This document shows positions 1 to 9,390 of a stretch of 64,000 nucleotides of DNA, one piece after another. Both the position numbers and the translations under genes were made by a program. Every line of letters starts with the position of its first letter. Position 1 is the stretch's first letter. Below the pieces are notes generated by a model, which saw nothing but the letters and a program-made list of their open reading frames with translations, was not told the origin of the DNA and did not search any database. This DNA is from a virus, in the IMG/VR virus record IMGVR_UViG_3300050821_002136, positions 44,278-108,277 of that record. One strand, given 5' to 3'.

Positions 1-21
1 GCAGGGCGCTAGCCATAGGGT

Positions 22-41
22 GGGCAGGGTCAAACCTGCCC
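22..41 (+). promoter_or_regulatory. Hairpin GGGCAGG-GTCAAA-CCTGCCC (copy 1 of a repeated stem-loop)
   Basis: Perfect 7-bp inverted repeat; same loop as the copy at 632-651. Confidence 0.6.
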
Positions 42-91
42 TACCGATTTTAGATTCAGATGTACAAACCCAAACAGGAGAAACAACATCA

Positions 92-622
92 ATGAAGTAC
101 CTTAGCTCCATCTTAGCAATTCTCGTTCTTTCCATTGCGGCCTTTTCTCAGGATTACCCAGTAGGCCCGAACGTAGGCAAGGCAACCACGCCGTACGCAA
201 CCACCAACTTCTCGGCCACATTCGACGGCCCAGTGACTGCAATGTTGCCAACGAGGAATGGCGAGAACACCAGCACCGATTACAAGTACGTTTCTCAGAA
301 CGGCAAAGTTGCAGAAGCAGTCACGGTTCGCTTTATTGACCATGACATTGCTGTGGACTATACGTCCTCCGACTTCTACGCCAACGACGACCGCACGGGC
401 GGCACGGTAGACACGGCTAACACCAGTCATGATTCGTGGAATGGTGCGCCGTTCACTTATACGTACCGTACCTTTACGCTCGATGGTGTGATACTGACCA
501 AGCGTACTCGTTACATCATCGTGAATGCTCGTGAGGCCATCTTCATTCAGCAAATCACGGCTGTTGGATATGAAGATCGGCCGGAATGGCTGGACTTCGA
601 GTACTCGTTACGCATCAAGTGA
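92..622 (+). CDS. Exported hypothetical protein with N-terminal signal peptide
   Basis: AGGAG RBS before ATG 92; MKYLSSILAILVLSIAAFSQ is a typical Sec signal. Confidence 0.8.
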   Translation: MKYLSSILAILVLSIAAFSQDYPVGPNVGKATTPYATTNFSATFDGPVTAMLPTRNGENTSTDYKYVSQNGKVAEAVTVRFIDHDIAVDYTSSDFYANDDRTGGTVDTANTSHDSWNGAPFTYTYRTFTLDGVILTKRTRYIIVNAREAIFIQQITAVGYEDRPEWLDFEYSLRIK

Positions 623-631
623 ACGAACAAT

Positions 632-662
632 GGGGAGGGTCAAACCTCCCCTCTATTTTTCT
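632..662 (+). terminator. Hairpin GGGGAGG-GTCAAA-CCTCCCC with T-rich tail (copy 2); probable intrinsic terminator
   Basis: 7-bp stem followed by TCTATTTTTCT. Confidence 0.65.
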
Positions 663-678
663 GTTAAGGAGGAAAATA

Positions 679-855
679 ATGGAAGAACATGTCAAAAACA
701 TTCTGGCTTTAGCCTGGGCCTCGTTCGATACGCCGCTCTGGCACGCTCGTAAAGAGATGCAAGAATACCTTGAGAAACATTTTGAGCTAAAGAAAGTAGC
801 CACAGCTGCCGACGCTGCGGAAGGTTGGAACGGGCGCATGCCTAAGTACTTCTAA
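679..855 (+). CDS. Small hypothetical protein
   Basis: AAGGAGG RBS before ATG 679. Confidence 0.7.
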   Translation: MEEHVKNILALAWASFDTPLWHARKEMQEYLEKHFELKKVATAADAAEGWNGRMPKYF

Positions 856-863
856 GGAGAACC

Positions 864-1694
864 ATGGAGCCCATTGTAATCGTAGGAGAAGCCGTAGCAG
901 GCCGAGAAGCCAAGCTAGCCGCTCTGCGTAAACGCATACGAGCCTTGGCCAATGACATAGAGATAAACACCTTCGACTTGGCTGAGGCTTTTTTTCAAGC
1001 TCAGGAATCCCATTGCTATGTTGAGTGGGGCTTCGAATCTCTCGGTGAGTACGCGTCGTTGGAGCTAGGCATCAAGCATAGGAAGGCGCAGTACCTCGCT
1101 CGAATAGTTCGTGTCTGCCGTGCCTGTGGAGTAGCTAGGAAGGACTACGAGCCTGTAGGTGTATCCAAGCTTCGCGTCATTACAGGGTTGGACCCTGAAA
1201 GCTCCTTCTTCAACACAGAGACAAAGACCAACGAGCCCATGGTTGAGCATATCGTGCGCCTTATTGCTGAAGCTCCTGAACTAACCACAGTTGAAGTAGA
1301 GGACGAAGTGCAGCGGCTGATGGGCAACGTGGGCGAGAATGCCATGGTGACTAAGAGCTACCGAGTCACCAAGAGTGCCTATGAGAACACCGTGCAACGT
1401 TGCTTCGAGTCAGTACGGAAGCGACTAGGCAGCAAAGGCCGGGACGGCACAGGTGCAGCCGTGGAGTATACGGACGGCAATTGCTTGGAAGCTGTCTGCG
1501 CCGAGTACAATAGTGATCCAAGAAATTTCATGGAAGAGCTGGACGAAAGCAAAGAACAAATCGAAGTACCGGAGGAACCAAATGCACACATTAGAGATGT
1601 CACCGGAGCACCCGTTCATGTGGCTAGCGAGGAAGCAGCACAAGACTCACTTCCGAGAACGCACGTCCCGTTCATCGTACCTACCGAAGACTAA
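864..1694 (+). CDS. Hypothetical protein, possibly DNA-binding
   Basis: 276-aa ORF with AAGGAG RBS; no firm family. Confidence 0.75.
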   Translation: MEPIVIVGEAVAGREAKLAALRKRIRALANDIEINTFDLAEAFFQAQESHCYVEWGFESLGEYASLELGIKHRKAQYLARIVRVCRACGVARKDYEPVGVSKLRVITGLDPESSFFNTETKTNEPMVEHIVRLIAEAPELTTVEVEDEVQRLMGNVGENAMVTKSYRVTKSAYENTVQRCFESVRKRLGSKGRDGTGAAVEYTDGNCLEAVCAEYNSDPRNFMEELDESKEQIEVPEEPNAHIRDVTGAPVHVASEEAAQDSLPRTHVPFIVPTED

Positions 1695-1968
1695 TACCCT
1701 GGGTCTCTATGATGGAAGCGCAGAAGCCCGGGCTATCGTGAACAACGCTATGCAAGAAGTGGAAGCAAGAGAAGTGCTTGCTGCTTGTATACTTTTGCAT
1801 GTCCTGCACTATCTAAAAGGTATGGACACTGTGGAAGGCTCTTTTACTGCTGAGTTCTTTGAGGGTACTGATCCTTTCAAAGAGGAAGAAAAGGACTTTG
1901 AAGACTCCGTGGAAAAGAACAAAGAATTACTGGAGAAACTCTCTGATGAGTCTACGTCTGGAAGTTGA
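1582..1968 (+). CDS. Hypothetical protein overlapping the 3' end of the upstream gene
   Basis: GGAGG RBS before ATG 1582; fills the gap up to the HNH gene. Confidence 0.55.
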   Translation: MHTLEMSPEHPFMWLARKQHKTHFRERTSRSSYLPKTNTLGLYDGSAEARAIVNNAMQEVEAREVLAACILLHVLHYLKGMDTVEGSFTAEFFEGTDPFKEEEKDFEDSVEKNKELLEKLSDESTSGS

Positions 1969-2260
1969 GGAGTACCGTGCGCTCTGGATGAGCGTCCTTG
2001 AACGTGACGGATGGAGATGCCGTAATCCCAGGTGTGGTATGAGAAATAATCTTCATGTGCACCATGTAATTTATAGAAGTGAATTAGGGCCGGACGAAAG
2101 CTGGAACCTAGTCACTCTGTGCAGCGATTGTCATGATGCTGTACACAACTACAAGCTCTTCATCGGTGTTGGTCCTGACTGCACGATAGGGGTTGGTGGT
2201 GGGGCTGACGGACGTTTGATCTTCACAGGAGGCTATCTTGCTAATTATTCTGGCACATAA
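1946..2260 (+). CDS. HNH endonuclease (small, CxxxxC...HH...N...CxxCH)
   Basis: VLERDGWRCRNPRC..LHVHHV..WNLVTLCSDCHDAVH. Confidence 0.9.
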   Translation: MSLRLEVEEYRALWMSVLERDGWRCRNPRCGMRNNLHVHHVIYRSELGPDESWNLVTLCSDCHDAVHNYKLFIGVGPDCTIGVGGGADGRLIFTGGYLANYSGT

Positions 2261-2435
2261 CACAACTGGGACCAAAGAGGACGGCACCTCAGACTACAAT
2301 GTAGAAGCCAGAGTTAACGAGCGAGTGATTGCCAAGATGGTCGTCAAAGGCCACATCAGAAACGCAGGCGCGGCAGTACTGCTCAGGAAAATAGCCGACA
2401 CTTGGGAGAACGGAGCAGGTTATCGCGCTCCTTAA
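2238..2435 (+). CDS. Small hypothetical protein
   Basis: AGGAGG RBS with TTG start. Confidence 0.6.
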   Translation: MLIILAHNTTGTKEDGTSDYNVEARVNERVIAKMVVKGHIRNAGAAVLLRKIADTWENGAGYRAP

Positions 2436-2449
2436 GAAAAGAGAAAATA

Positions 2450-3223
2450 ATGAGAACACTTAATATGCTTCTGATTGCGCTGGCACTATGTTGTACACCC
2501 GCGCTCGCTAATAACTGTAAGGGCAACGACGCACGAGACCACGCCACGACCGAAGGCAAGGGAGACGACCACGGCAAGGGGGACGACAATTGCAAGACAC
2601 ATGAGCCCGAACGTCCCGAAAGACCCGAGCGTCCCGAACCTCCCAAACACATACGGCCCACTCCTCCCCCAGTCAACGTAACAAGCACTAATACGAACAC
2701 CAACACCGCGACATCTTCATCCAGCAGCACAGCGTCTGCTAATGGCAACGGCAACAACTCGAATAACACCACGGTAGAAGCCCCCAAGATTCCCGTGTCG
2801 TCCGCTATTACTCCTCCCATCATGCCTACCGTGCCTTGCTTCAAGGGTTTCGGTGGCAGTGCTCAGACCATGGCCTTCGGCGCATCCTTCGGTGGTGGTA
2901 AGATCGACAAGGGCTGCAACGCTAGAGAGCTGGCACGATCCTTCTCAGGACCACAGACGGTTGCATCATGTAAGATTCTGTTGGCAACCAAGGAAGCAAA
3001 GGCCGCAGGGATCACCATGGAAGACTGTCTTCCTCCTCTGGTACTTACTCCTGTAGCTGAACCTATCACCCCGGTAGTTGCTCCTATTCCCGTCACCGTG
3101 AACATTGTGTTGCCGAACGGTGACTTTCTTGAAAGTAAGCGAACGGTGACACCGAGTGTTACAAAGAAGGCTGTACAACGTCACAGACACATGACACCTA
3201 GCTGCCAGAACGTCGTGCAGTAG
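2450..3223 (+). CDS. Exported low-complexity protein (PER repeats, Ser/Thr/Asn-rich, Cys pairs)
   Basis: Signal peptide MRTLNMLLIALALCCTPALA; EPERPERPERPEPP; GKGDD x2. Confidence 0.8.
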   Translation: MRTLNMLLIALALCCTPALANNCKGNDARDHATTEGKGDDHGKGDDNCKTHEPERPERPERPEPPKHIRPTPPPVNVTSTNTNTNTATSSSSSTASANGNGNNSNNTTVEAPKIPVSSAITPPIMPTVPCFKGFGGSAQTMAFGASFGGGKIDKGCNARELARSFSGPQTVASCKILLATKEAKAAGITMEDCLPPLVLTPVAEPITPVVAPIPVTVNIVLPNGDFLESKRTVTPSVTKKAVQRHRHMTPSCQNVVQ

Positions 3224-3245
3224 GTTTGCAAAGGAGAAAAATAAC

Positions 3246-3476
3246 ATGAACAGAATTTCACCGAGCACTACCAGAAAACCTAATGGTAAAGTGAAAGACC
3301 TTAAGAACGGTTCCATAGTAAGATGGGGTGGTGGTTTTTACGTTGTCCTTCTTTACATGGCCAACGCTTCACAAATCGGAGCAGTTTCTCTGCAAGACGG
3401 TGGCTATCTGACCCCAGATACTGTCGTGGAAATTGTGCCTGCGGGAGATGTACTCACACTCACAGTCGGTGAATAG
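3246..3476 (+). CDS. Hypothetical protein
   Basis: AAGGAG RBS; 76 aa. Confidence 0.7.
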   Translation: MNRISPSTTRKPNGKVKDLKNGSIVRWGGGFYVVLLYMANASQIGAVSLQDGGYLTPDTVVEIVPAGDVLTLTVGE

Positions 3477-3486
3477 GAGAATTGAC

Positions 3487-4074
3487 ATGTTGAAATGGAC
3501 TCTGGTACTTTGCTTAGCCTTCCTCCTTGGCATTACAGCAAGTGCCAGGGTCCGTCCGCGAGGGCACAAAAATTTTCCGGCGACACACGATTCAGTGCAT
3601 TTGGAAAATGAAGTTGCGAATTCCATGGGGGCCTACAGGTATTTTACTCAGGCCCAAGTGGACACAGATGTGATTAACCGGCACCTTTCTGCCATTCATG
3701 AGTGCACAGTGTACGTAGTCGCACCAAAGCTGTCGATTGAACGCAGATATGCACTGCCTGCCACAACTGCTTTTCTGTACGAGCTGTCCAAGGAGTACTA
3801 CGAAGTATTCAAGCAGCCACTGATGGTAGACAGTGCAATTAGACCCGCTACAGTGCAACGCGGCTTGCACATGCGCAATGCTGCCCCTGCGTACGGAGAG
3901 AACGCAAGTAGCCATGAACGCGGCACTACTGTGGATCTCTCCCGCAAGATGAGCAAGACTGAGTACAAGTGGCTGATAGTAAAACTGCTGTACTACAGAG
4001 CGATAGGGAGAATCCTGGTGATCGAAGAACGACATTGCTTTCACATTTTCGTCATAGGAGACCTGTCGCAATGA
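3487..4074 (+). CDS. DUF5715-like / peptidase M15-fold Zn metallopeptidase with signal peptide (putative peptidoglycan peptidase)
   Basis: Signal peptide; DSAIR, SSHERGTTVDLS (HxxxxxxD) and CFHI motifs. Confidence 0.7.
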   Translation: MLKWTLVLCLAFLLGITASARVRPRGHKNFPATHDSVHLENEVANSMGAYRYFTQAQVDTDVINRHLSAIHECTVYVVAPKLSIERRYALPATTAFLYELSKEYYEVFKQPLMVDSAIRPATVQRGLHMRNAAPAYGENASSHERGTTVDLSRKMSKTEYKWLIVKLLYYRAIGRILVIEERHCFHIFVIGDLSQ

Positions 4075-4658
4075 CAGACTTTTGGACTACAGACAAGCGT
4101 TTGCGTAAGGCCCTAGACGACATTCATCGTCAACTGGTGTGTCACTGTGGTTGCTATAGACATCACGGACTCGATTGGATGCCAGAAGGTTCTGGTGAAG
4201 GACTAGCTGAGGCTATGGGAATTCTGCGGGACCTGTTAGACGAAGGCACAGGTACCACCTGCAAAACTACTAAGGGGTATCCTAGATGCACCTCAGGGCC
4301 TCTACGACACAAGTACATTCATCGCATCGTAGCAGCAGCTCTTATCGGCCGAGAGCTGGAACGCTCCGAGGAAGTCCACCACAAAGATGGGGACAGACGC
4401 AATTTCAACTGGGACAATCTGCTCGTGCTAGGCCAGAAAGATCATGGCTGGGTCTCAGCTAAGCAAGCATGGTACATGAAGGAAATAGACGTTAAGCTGA
4501 AGACTGAATGGGAAGACTTCATGAAGTCTGAGGAGAAGCGTTTCGACGCTGAAGTACGGGCCTGCAAAGCTGATGGCCGTGCATACGGAGTAGAAGACGG
4601 AACAATGAAAGAAAGATTCGAAGGAGGACGCCTTGGAATTCCCAGCACTAGCACGTAA
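4071..4658 (+). CDS. HNH endonuclease (HNH_3-like)
   Basis: YIHRIVA..EEVHHKDGDRRNFNWDNL. Confidence 0.85.
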   Translation: MTDFWTTDKRLRKALDDIHRQLVCHCGCYRHHGLDWMPEGSGEGLAEAMGILRDLLDEGTGTTCKTTKGYPRCTSGPLRHKYIHRIVAAALIGRELERSEEVHHKDGDRRNFNWDNLLVLGQKDHGWVSAKQAWYMKEIDVKLKTEWEDFMKSEEKRFDAEVRACKADGRAYGVEDGTMKERFEGGRLGIPSTST

Positions 4659-5403
4659 TATGTACGGCATGACCAAGCAGGAAGCTCTACTCAACGGTAT
4701 ATGCGTAAGATGCAAACTGCCGCCAACCTTCTACAGCATGGCAGGCCGCGCAGAGTACCCGATCACCGGCCTATGTGAACCATGCTTTGACCTTGTCACA
4801 GAAGCATTTGACCTTGTCACAGAAGCAGAAGAAGAGCCCATGGAAATTAAACAGAGCATCCCTATGACGGACGCTGAATACGACTTTGAAACCATAGCCA
4901 GCAGCCAAGCATACAAAGACGCAGAGAGGCTAGGACTCGAAGTGGTTCTGCCCCAGGACAATCAGCTGCAGATCGACATTGACGACGAGGCGTCCTACCA
5001 AGTATACTTAGGAAACCTTAAGCGCTACAAGCTGCACTTCGCAGACAACCCAGTCATCGGTGAAGAGATCCATCCCTCGAAAAGCAACGTGTTTGAAAAG
5101 AAGCACATCACGGTAACCTTGGCAGAGCCTATAATTTCTAAGGGAGGATGGCATCGTGATAACGAAAAACGTATTCTTCTCCAAGTTCTGCTAGGGTCAG
5201 ACCCCGTGCGTGAGATGCTGAGCTACATCAGACTGATTAACGATGACGAGCATCCTACGCTGTTCATGGAGAAACCTGCGCAGAAGCTGCTTGAGACGCC
5301 TCCTGATCACCTTATGCTAGGGCCGGGAGACTACGTAAAACCAAATAACGAAGACACCTGGATCAAAAAGCAAGCGACAGAAGAAGATGGAGCATACTTA
5401 TGA
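4633..5403 (+). CDS. Hypothetical protein with N-terminal CxxC...CxxC zinc finger
   Basis: AAGGAGG RBS; CVRC...CEPC. Confidence 0.7.
   Translation: MEFPALARNMYGMTKQEALLNGICVRCKLPPTFYSMAGRAEYPITGLCEPCFDLVTEAFDLVTEAEEEPMEIKQSIPMTDAEYDFETIASSQAYKDAERLGLEVVLPQDNQLQIDIDDEASYQVYLGNLKRYKLHFADNPVIGEEIHPSKSNVFEKKHITVTLAEPIISKGGWHRDNEKRILLQVLLGSDPVREMLSYIRLINDDEHPTLFMEKPAQKLLETPPDHLMLGPGDYVKPNNEDTWIKKQATEEDGAYL
4786..4827 (+). repeat. Perfect in-frame 21-bp tandem duplication (FDLVTEA x2)
   Basis: TTTGACCTTGTCACAGAAGCA twice. Confidence 0.95.
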
Positions 5404-5714
5404 GCGACATTCCTAGCATCACCGAAAGCCAAGTAGCACTGATGAAGCTGGTCTGTTTTGACCCGGAGATGTCCGTGTTCTCTCAGACCTCCCCCAAGCC
5501 GTCTGACCCACTGCAAAGCGCTATTGATATGCGACAAGCTGCGGACGACGCGGATCGCTTAGCTTCCCTAGGGTTCCTGAAGAACATCACAGCTGACCAT
5601 CAGGAGCGCATAGATCAAATGGGCGCGAACACAGGACGTATGTGGAGAGTCTTTGAAATTTCGGCAATGGGACGAGCGATGTTCCAAGCTACTACGAGCA
5701 CTACGGTTCACTAA
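5400..5714 (+). CDS. Hypothetical protein, winged-helix-like
   Basis: ATGA overlap with upstream stop; ends FEISAMGR like a wHTH wing. Confidence 0.65.
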   Translation: MSDIPSITESQVALMKLVCFDPEMSVFSQTSPKPSDPLQSAIDMRQAADDADRLASLGFLKNITADHQERIDQMGANTGRMWRVFEISAMGRAMFQATTSTTVH

Positions 5715-5723
5715 GGAGAAACC

Positions 5724-5966
5724 ATGAAAACAAAAGCCATCATTGAAGGTTTACAAGTCCTTCTTCCATTCTACAACGACCAAGACGGGTTCCATAACGG
5801 AGCTGAACATGATACCTTCTATGCTTACGCTACAGACACTGAGCTGCCAGAAGCAGCGGTAAAATGGTTGATAGAATTGGGATGGTTTCAACCGGATGTT
5901 GAGTATGAAGACGACTTCTTGCCAGAACATTACGATCCCTCTGAGGGGTGGGTAGCTTACTTATAG
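5724..5966 (+). CDS. Small acidic hypothetical protein
   Basis: AAGGAG RBS; AEHD motif. Confidence 0.75.
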   Translation: MKTKAIIEGLQVLLPFYNDQDGFHNGAEHDTFYAYATDTELPEAAVKWLIELGWFQPDVEYEDDFLPEHYDPSEGWVAYL

Positions 5967-5977
5967 AAAGGGTAACC

Positions 5978-8026
5978 ATGTCGAAAGCAATTCCCGAGAA
6001 CCTGCGAACCAGCAACGCTCTGAAATTCATAATCGAGCAAGGCTGGAACTGGCAGGGCGATGGCAGCGGTGGACAAATTCAAATAGAGACGTGCCCTTTC
6101 TGCAACAAAAAAGACTTCAAGCTCTATATGGCAGTCGGAGACCCAAGAGAGACCAGTAGAGATGGCCTTTGGTTCTGTCACCACGGTTCCTGCGCTAAGA
6201 CTGGGAACCTCCGTACGCTGGCCGAACATGTAGGCGTACGCATAGCCGGTGTGGACTCGCGCAAGGAGTGGGCCGGGAGTGGGGACAGCAAGCCGGACAC
6301 TCTGCCTGATGTTGAGCTGTGCCATGCAACCCTACTAGGTGACGCGGAAGCTATGGATTATTTGTTGAACGTCAGAGGCTTCTCAAAGGAGATCATTGAA
6401 AAACAAAAGCTTGGACTCAAAGAGAAAGTCTGGTTCCGTGAAGCGGGGGAATCGAAAGCCCTGGTCATACCCTATCTCGTTGGCGGAAATGTTGTCTTCG
6501 CAAAATTCAGAACGCTTCCTCCGAAACCAAAAGACTTTGTCACACCTTCTGGCTGGGAAGCTCCTCTCTATAATGGAGAAATTCTCCAAGAAGGACTCAA
6601 CGAAGTCATCTTCGTAGAGGGCGAAGCAGACGCCATAAGTATGATGTCTAATGGTGTAGAGAATGTTGTGGGCGTACCTGGGGCCAATGTTAAGAAGGCC
6701 GCATGGATCGACACTCTGGACAAGATCGCACCTAAGAAGATCTACATCCTCTACGACAACGACAAAGTAGGCAAGAAGGCCGCGCAGGAAATCGCATCAC
6801 GCATCGGCATAGACAAGTGCCTGAAGCTGGTGCTTCCGCCATTCAGCGTAACGCTAGAAGGCGTAACCCGAGACGGCAAGGACATCAATGAGTGGTTCCG
6901 CTACGGTGGGGGAACCTTAGAGGTGTTCAACAAACTGAAGGAGTCCGCAGTCCTGTTCGATGTGACTGGTGTGACCTCTTCAGTGGATGCCTTGACGCAG
7001 CTCGAAGACGAATTGAATGGCAAGGTTGATCTGGCCCCTAAGTACGTATTCCAATGGCCGGAACTCAACAAGCTGATCGGAATGGAAGACGGTGATGTGC
7101 TCGATATCGTTGCGCCGGAGAAGGTAGGGAAGACGACCTTCGGCCTCAACATACTTGACCACATGGTCGCCGCATACGGTGAGGACGGCCTGCTTGTGTG
7201 CCTTGAGATGACTCAGGCTAGACTGGCACGCAAGTGGGTTGCCCTCGTGACTGGCTTCGAAGACACTCTGACTGAACCTGGGACAGAGGAATCGAAGCTT
7301 AAGTTAGCTGAGCTGAAGGGGTGCGTAGTAAAGGCACGCTCGATTCAACAGAGTCGTGGCGCAGACCTGTACTTCGCATACCCTCAGCTTGTGAAGGAGC
7401 CAGAAGATGTTTACAAACTTGTCCGAGACTGCATTCGTCGTTACGGTGTCAAATGGGTCATGTTTGATAATCTGCAAAGATTGTGCGATGATACACTCAA
7501 AAACCAAGGCCACCGTACAGTGCAGCTTTCTCAAATCTCCAAAAACTTCGCAAAACTTGCCAAGGACTACCGTATCAAACTTATTCGCATCCTTCAGCCC
7601 AAACGAATAATGCCCGGGGCAACCATCAGCACCAACGACGTAGACGGAAGCTCACAGATTGCTAAGGACTGCGATGGCATGATAACGTTGTGGCGCAGTG
7701 TAGTAGGAGAGATGAAGAAGTCTGAATGGGAGACCCAACAACAAGGCTTCGAAGAAAGCAATGAATCCTTCGAGCCTGTCATGAAGGTCACCGTGGGGCT
7801 CTCTCGCTATTCAGCTGGAGGCTCTACTAAGCTCTTCTATGATGGAGCCCGATCCCAGGTGCGTTCACTGCCTGAAAGCCAAAAGGCACAGATGAATGCG
7901 AACCGAGACTACAACAAGCTGGTAGCCAATAACATCCCCATGGAAGGTGGAGGTGTTCTGCATGTCGTACCAGAGGAAAACCAAGCCGTAGCCGTCGTTG
8001 CAACAGAGTCAGACATCACAATCTAA
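5978..8026 (+). CDS. T7 gp4/Twinkle-type DNA primase-helicase
   Basis: Zn finger CPFC..CHHGSC, TOPRIM EGEAD and DNDKVG, Walker A APEKVGKTT, DNLQ, GSSQI. Confidence 0.95.
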   Translation: MSKAIPENLRTSNALKFIIEQGWNWQGDGSGGQIQIETCPFCNKKDFKLYMAVGDPRETSRDGLWFCHHGSCAKTGNLRTLAEHVGVRIAGVDSRKEWAGSGDSKPDTLPDVELCHATLLGDAEAMDYLLNVRGFSKEIIEKQKLGLKEKVWFREAGESKALVIPYLVGGNVVFAKFRTLPPKPKDFVTPSGWEAPLYNGEILQEGLNEVIFVEGEADAISMMSNGVENVVGVPGANVKKAAWIDTLDKIAPKKIYILYDNDKVGKKAAQEIASRIGIDKCLKLVLPPFSVTLEGVTRDGKDINEWFRYGGGTLEVFNKLKESAVLFDVTGVTSSVDALTQLEDELNGKVDLAPKYVFQWPELNKLIGMEDGDVLDIVAPEKVGKTTFGLNILDHMVAAYGEDGLLVCLEMTQARLARKWVALVTGFEDTLTEPGTEESKLKLAELKGCVVKARSIQQSRGADLYFAYPQLVKEPEDVYKLVRDCIRRYGVKWVMFDNLQRLCDDTLKNQGHRTVQLSQISKNFAKLAKDYRIKLIRILQPKRIMPGATISTNDVDGSSQIAKDCDGMITLWRSVVGEMKKSEWETQQQGFEESNESFEPVMKVTVGLSRYSAGGSTKLFYDGARSQVRSLPESQKAQMNANRDYNKLVANNIPMEGGGVLHVVPEENQAVAVVATESDITI

Positions 8027-8034
8027 GGAGGCAT

Positions 8035-8256
8035 ATGCCATTTGTCGAAGAGGTAATTGAGGAGCAGCAACCTATGTGGGGTGAATACCTACCAACCAGC
8101 AGCGCTAAGGGACTGAAAGACAGGAGCCGCAGTTGCGTCAAGGTCAGAGACGTAGGTTGTGTCTTCATCGGTACAGCGCAGGAGTGTCAAGAGTACATCC
8201 GAAACAACGAGTGGCGGTATGAAAAGAAAGACTCACAAAAACTGATAACAGCCTAA
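8035..8256 (+). CDS. Hypothetical protein
   Basis: AAGGAGG RBS. Confidence 0.7.
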   Translation: MPFVEEVIEEQQPMWGEYLPTSSAKGLKDRSRSCVKVRDVGCVFIGTAQECQEYIRNNEWRYEKKDSQKLITA

Positions 8257-8266
8257 GGAGAAAACA

Positions 8267-8647
8267 ATGAAACCGTTCAATCTGCAAGAAGCACTCGCAG
8301 GCAAGTCCGTGATTACCAGAGATGGTAAAGCAATAAAGCAGGTAGCTTTCTTTCCAGACGCTGAGTCATACCCTGTTCTGGCTTATTCTGAAGGTAAAGA
8401 AGTTGATACGTACACAGCAGCAGGAAGGCGTTTTTTCGGTACATCACCACTAAGCAGTGGCAAGGATCTCTTCATGGGTGCTCCCAAAGTCACGAAGTGG
8501 GTCAACCTCTACCGGAAGTCGAAATACCTGCAAACTTCTAATGCCGACGTAGCGGTTGGTATCTCAACCTTCGATACTGAAGAGGAAGCACGTCGCTCAG
8601 GCGGCGAAAATCGTGTCGGAACATTACAAGTAGAGTGGGAGGAATAA
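8267..8647 (+). CDS. Phage protein of the MKPFNL..ALAG..V.TRDG family, paralog 1
   Basis: Conserved N-terminus, DLFM, WVN.Y and terminal WEE. Confidence 0.85.
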   Translation: MKPFNLQEALAGKSVITRDGKAIKQVAFFPDAESYPVLAYSEGKEVDTYTAAGRRFFGTSPLSSGKDLFMGAPKVTKWVNLYRKSKYLQTSNADVAVGISTFDTEEEARRSGGENRVGTLQVEWEE

Positions 8648-9024
8648 TGAAACCGTTCAATCTGCAAGAAGCACTCGCAGGCAAGCCTGTGGTCACCCGA
8701 GATGGAAGAGAAGTCACAGATGTCACTTACTTCTCTACCTTGCGTAACTCCACTTCTTTCAAACTTCGTGGCGTCCTTGAGGGTTATCTGAGGAAATTCA
8801 ATGACGCCGGTATGTATTTAACCAACAAAAATTTAGATCTCTTCATGGCTTCTACCAAGAAGACTGGGTGGGTAAACATCTACCGAGAGAACATCACTAC
8901 GTGGCCTGCGCTAAAATTACTCCCAGGTGGAGCTGTCATCCACCCCAGCAAAGCTATAGCCGATAAACAGCAAGAGACTGCTAAGGAACGCATCGCTGTT
9001 GTTGAACTCACTTGGGAGGAGTAG
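8647..9024 (+). CDS. Same family, paralog 2 (tandem duplicate)
   Basis: First 39 nt identical to 8267-8305. Confidence 0.85.
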   Translation: MKPFNLQEALAGKPVVTRDGREVTDVTYFSTLRNSTSFKLRGVLEGYLRKFNDAGMYLTNKNLDLFMASTKKTGWVNIYRENITTWPALKLLPGGAVIHPSKAIADKQQETAKERIAVVELTWEE

Positions 9025-9390
9025 ATGCCTTGGCCTATAAAGCACGGACTTGCTTTCCATCCACTCTACCGTGTATGGATGTCCGTAAAGCAAAAGTGCA
9101 CTAACCCAAAAAGCCTTGTTTATAAAGACTACGGTGGGCGCGGCATTAAAATGCACAAACCTTGGGAAAGAGACGTACGTCGGTTTGTGCACTACGTTAT
9201 GGAAAACCTAGGAGAACGCCCTTCAAAACGGCACTCTTTGGATCGTAGAAATAACAATGGTCATTACGTGCCTGGAAACATAAGATGGGCAACATGGGAA
9301 GAACAAGCTAGAAATCGAAGACCCGTTCGTTGCTTGGGAAACTACTCTGATGCAGAGCTACTACAAGAAATAAAGAAACGAGGAATATGA
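9025..9390 (+). CDS. HNH homing endonuclease (free-standing)
   Basis: YKDYGGRGI..SLDRRNNNGHYVPGNIRWAT..EQARN. Confidence 0.9.
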   Translation: MPWPIKHGLAFHPLYRVWMSVKQKCTNPKSLVYKDYGGRGIKMHKPWERDVRRFVHYVMENLGERPSKRHSLDRRNNNGHYVPGNIRWATWEEQARNRRPVRCLGNYSDAELLQEIKKRGI

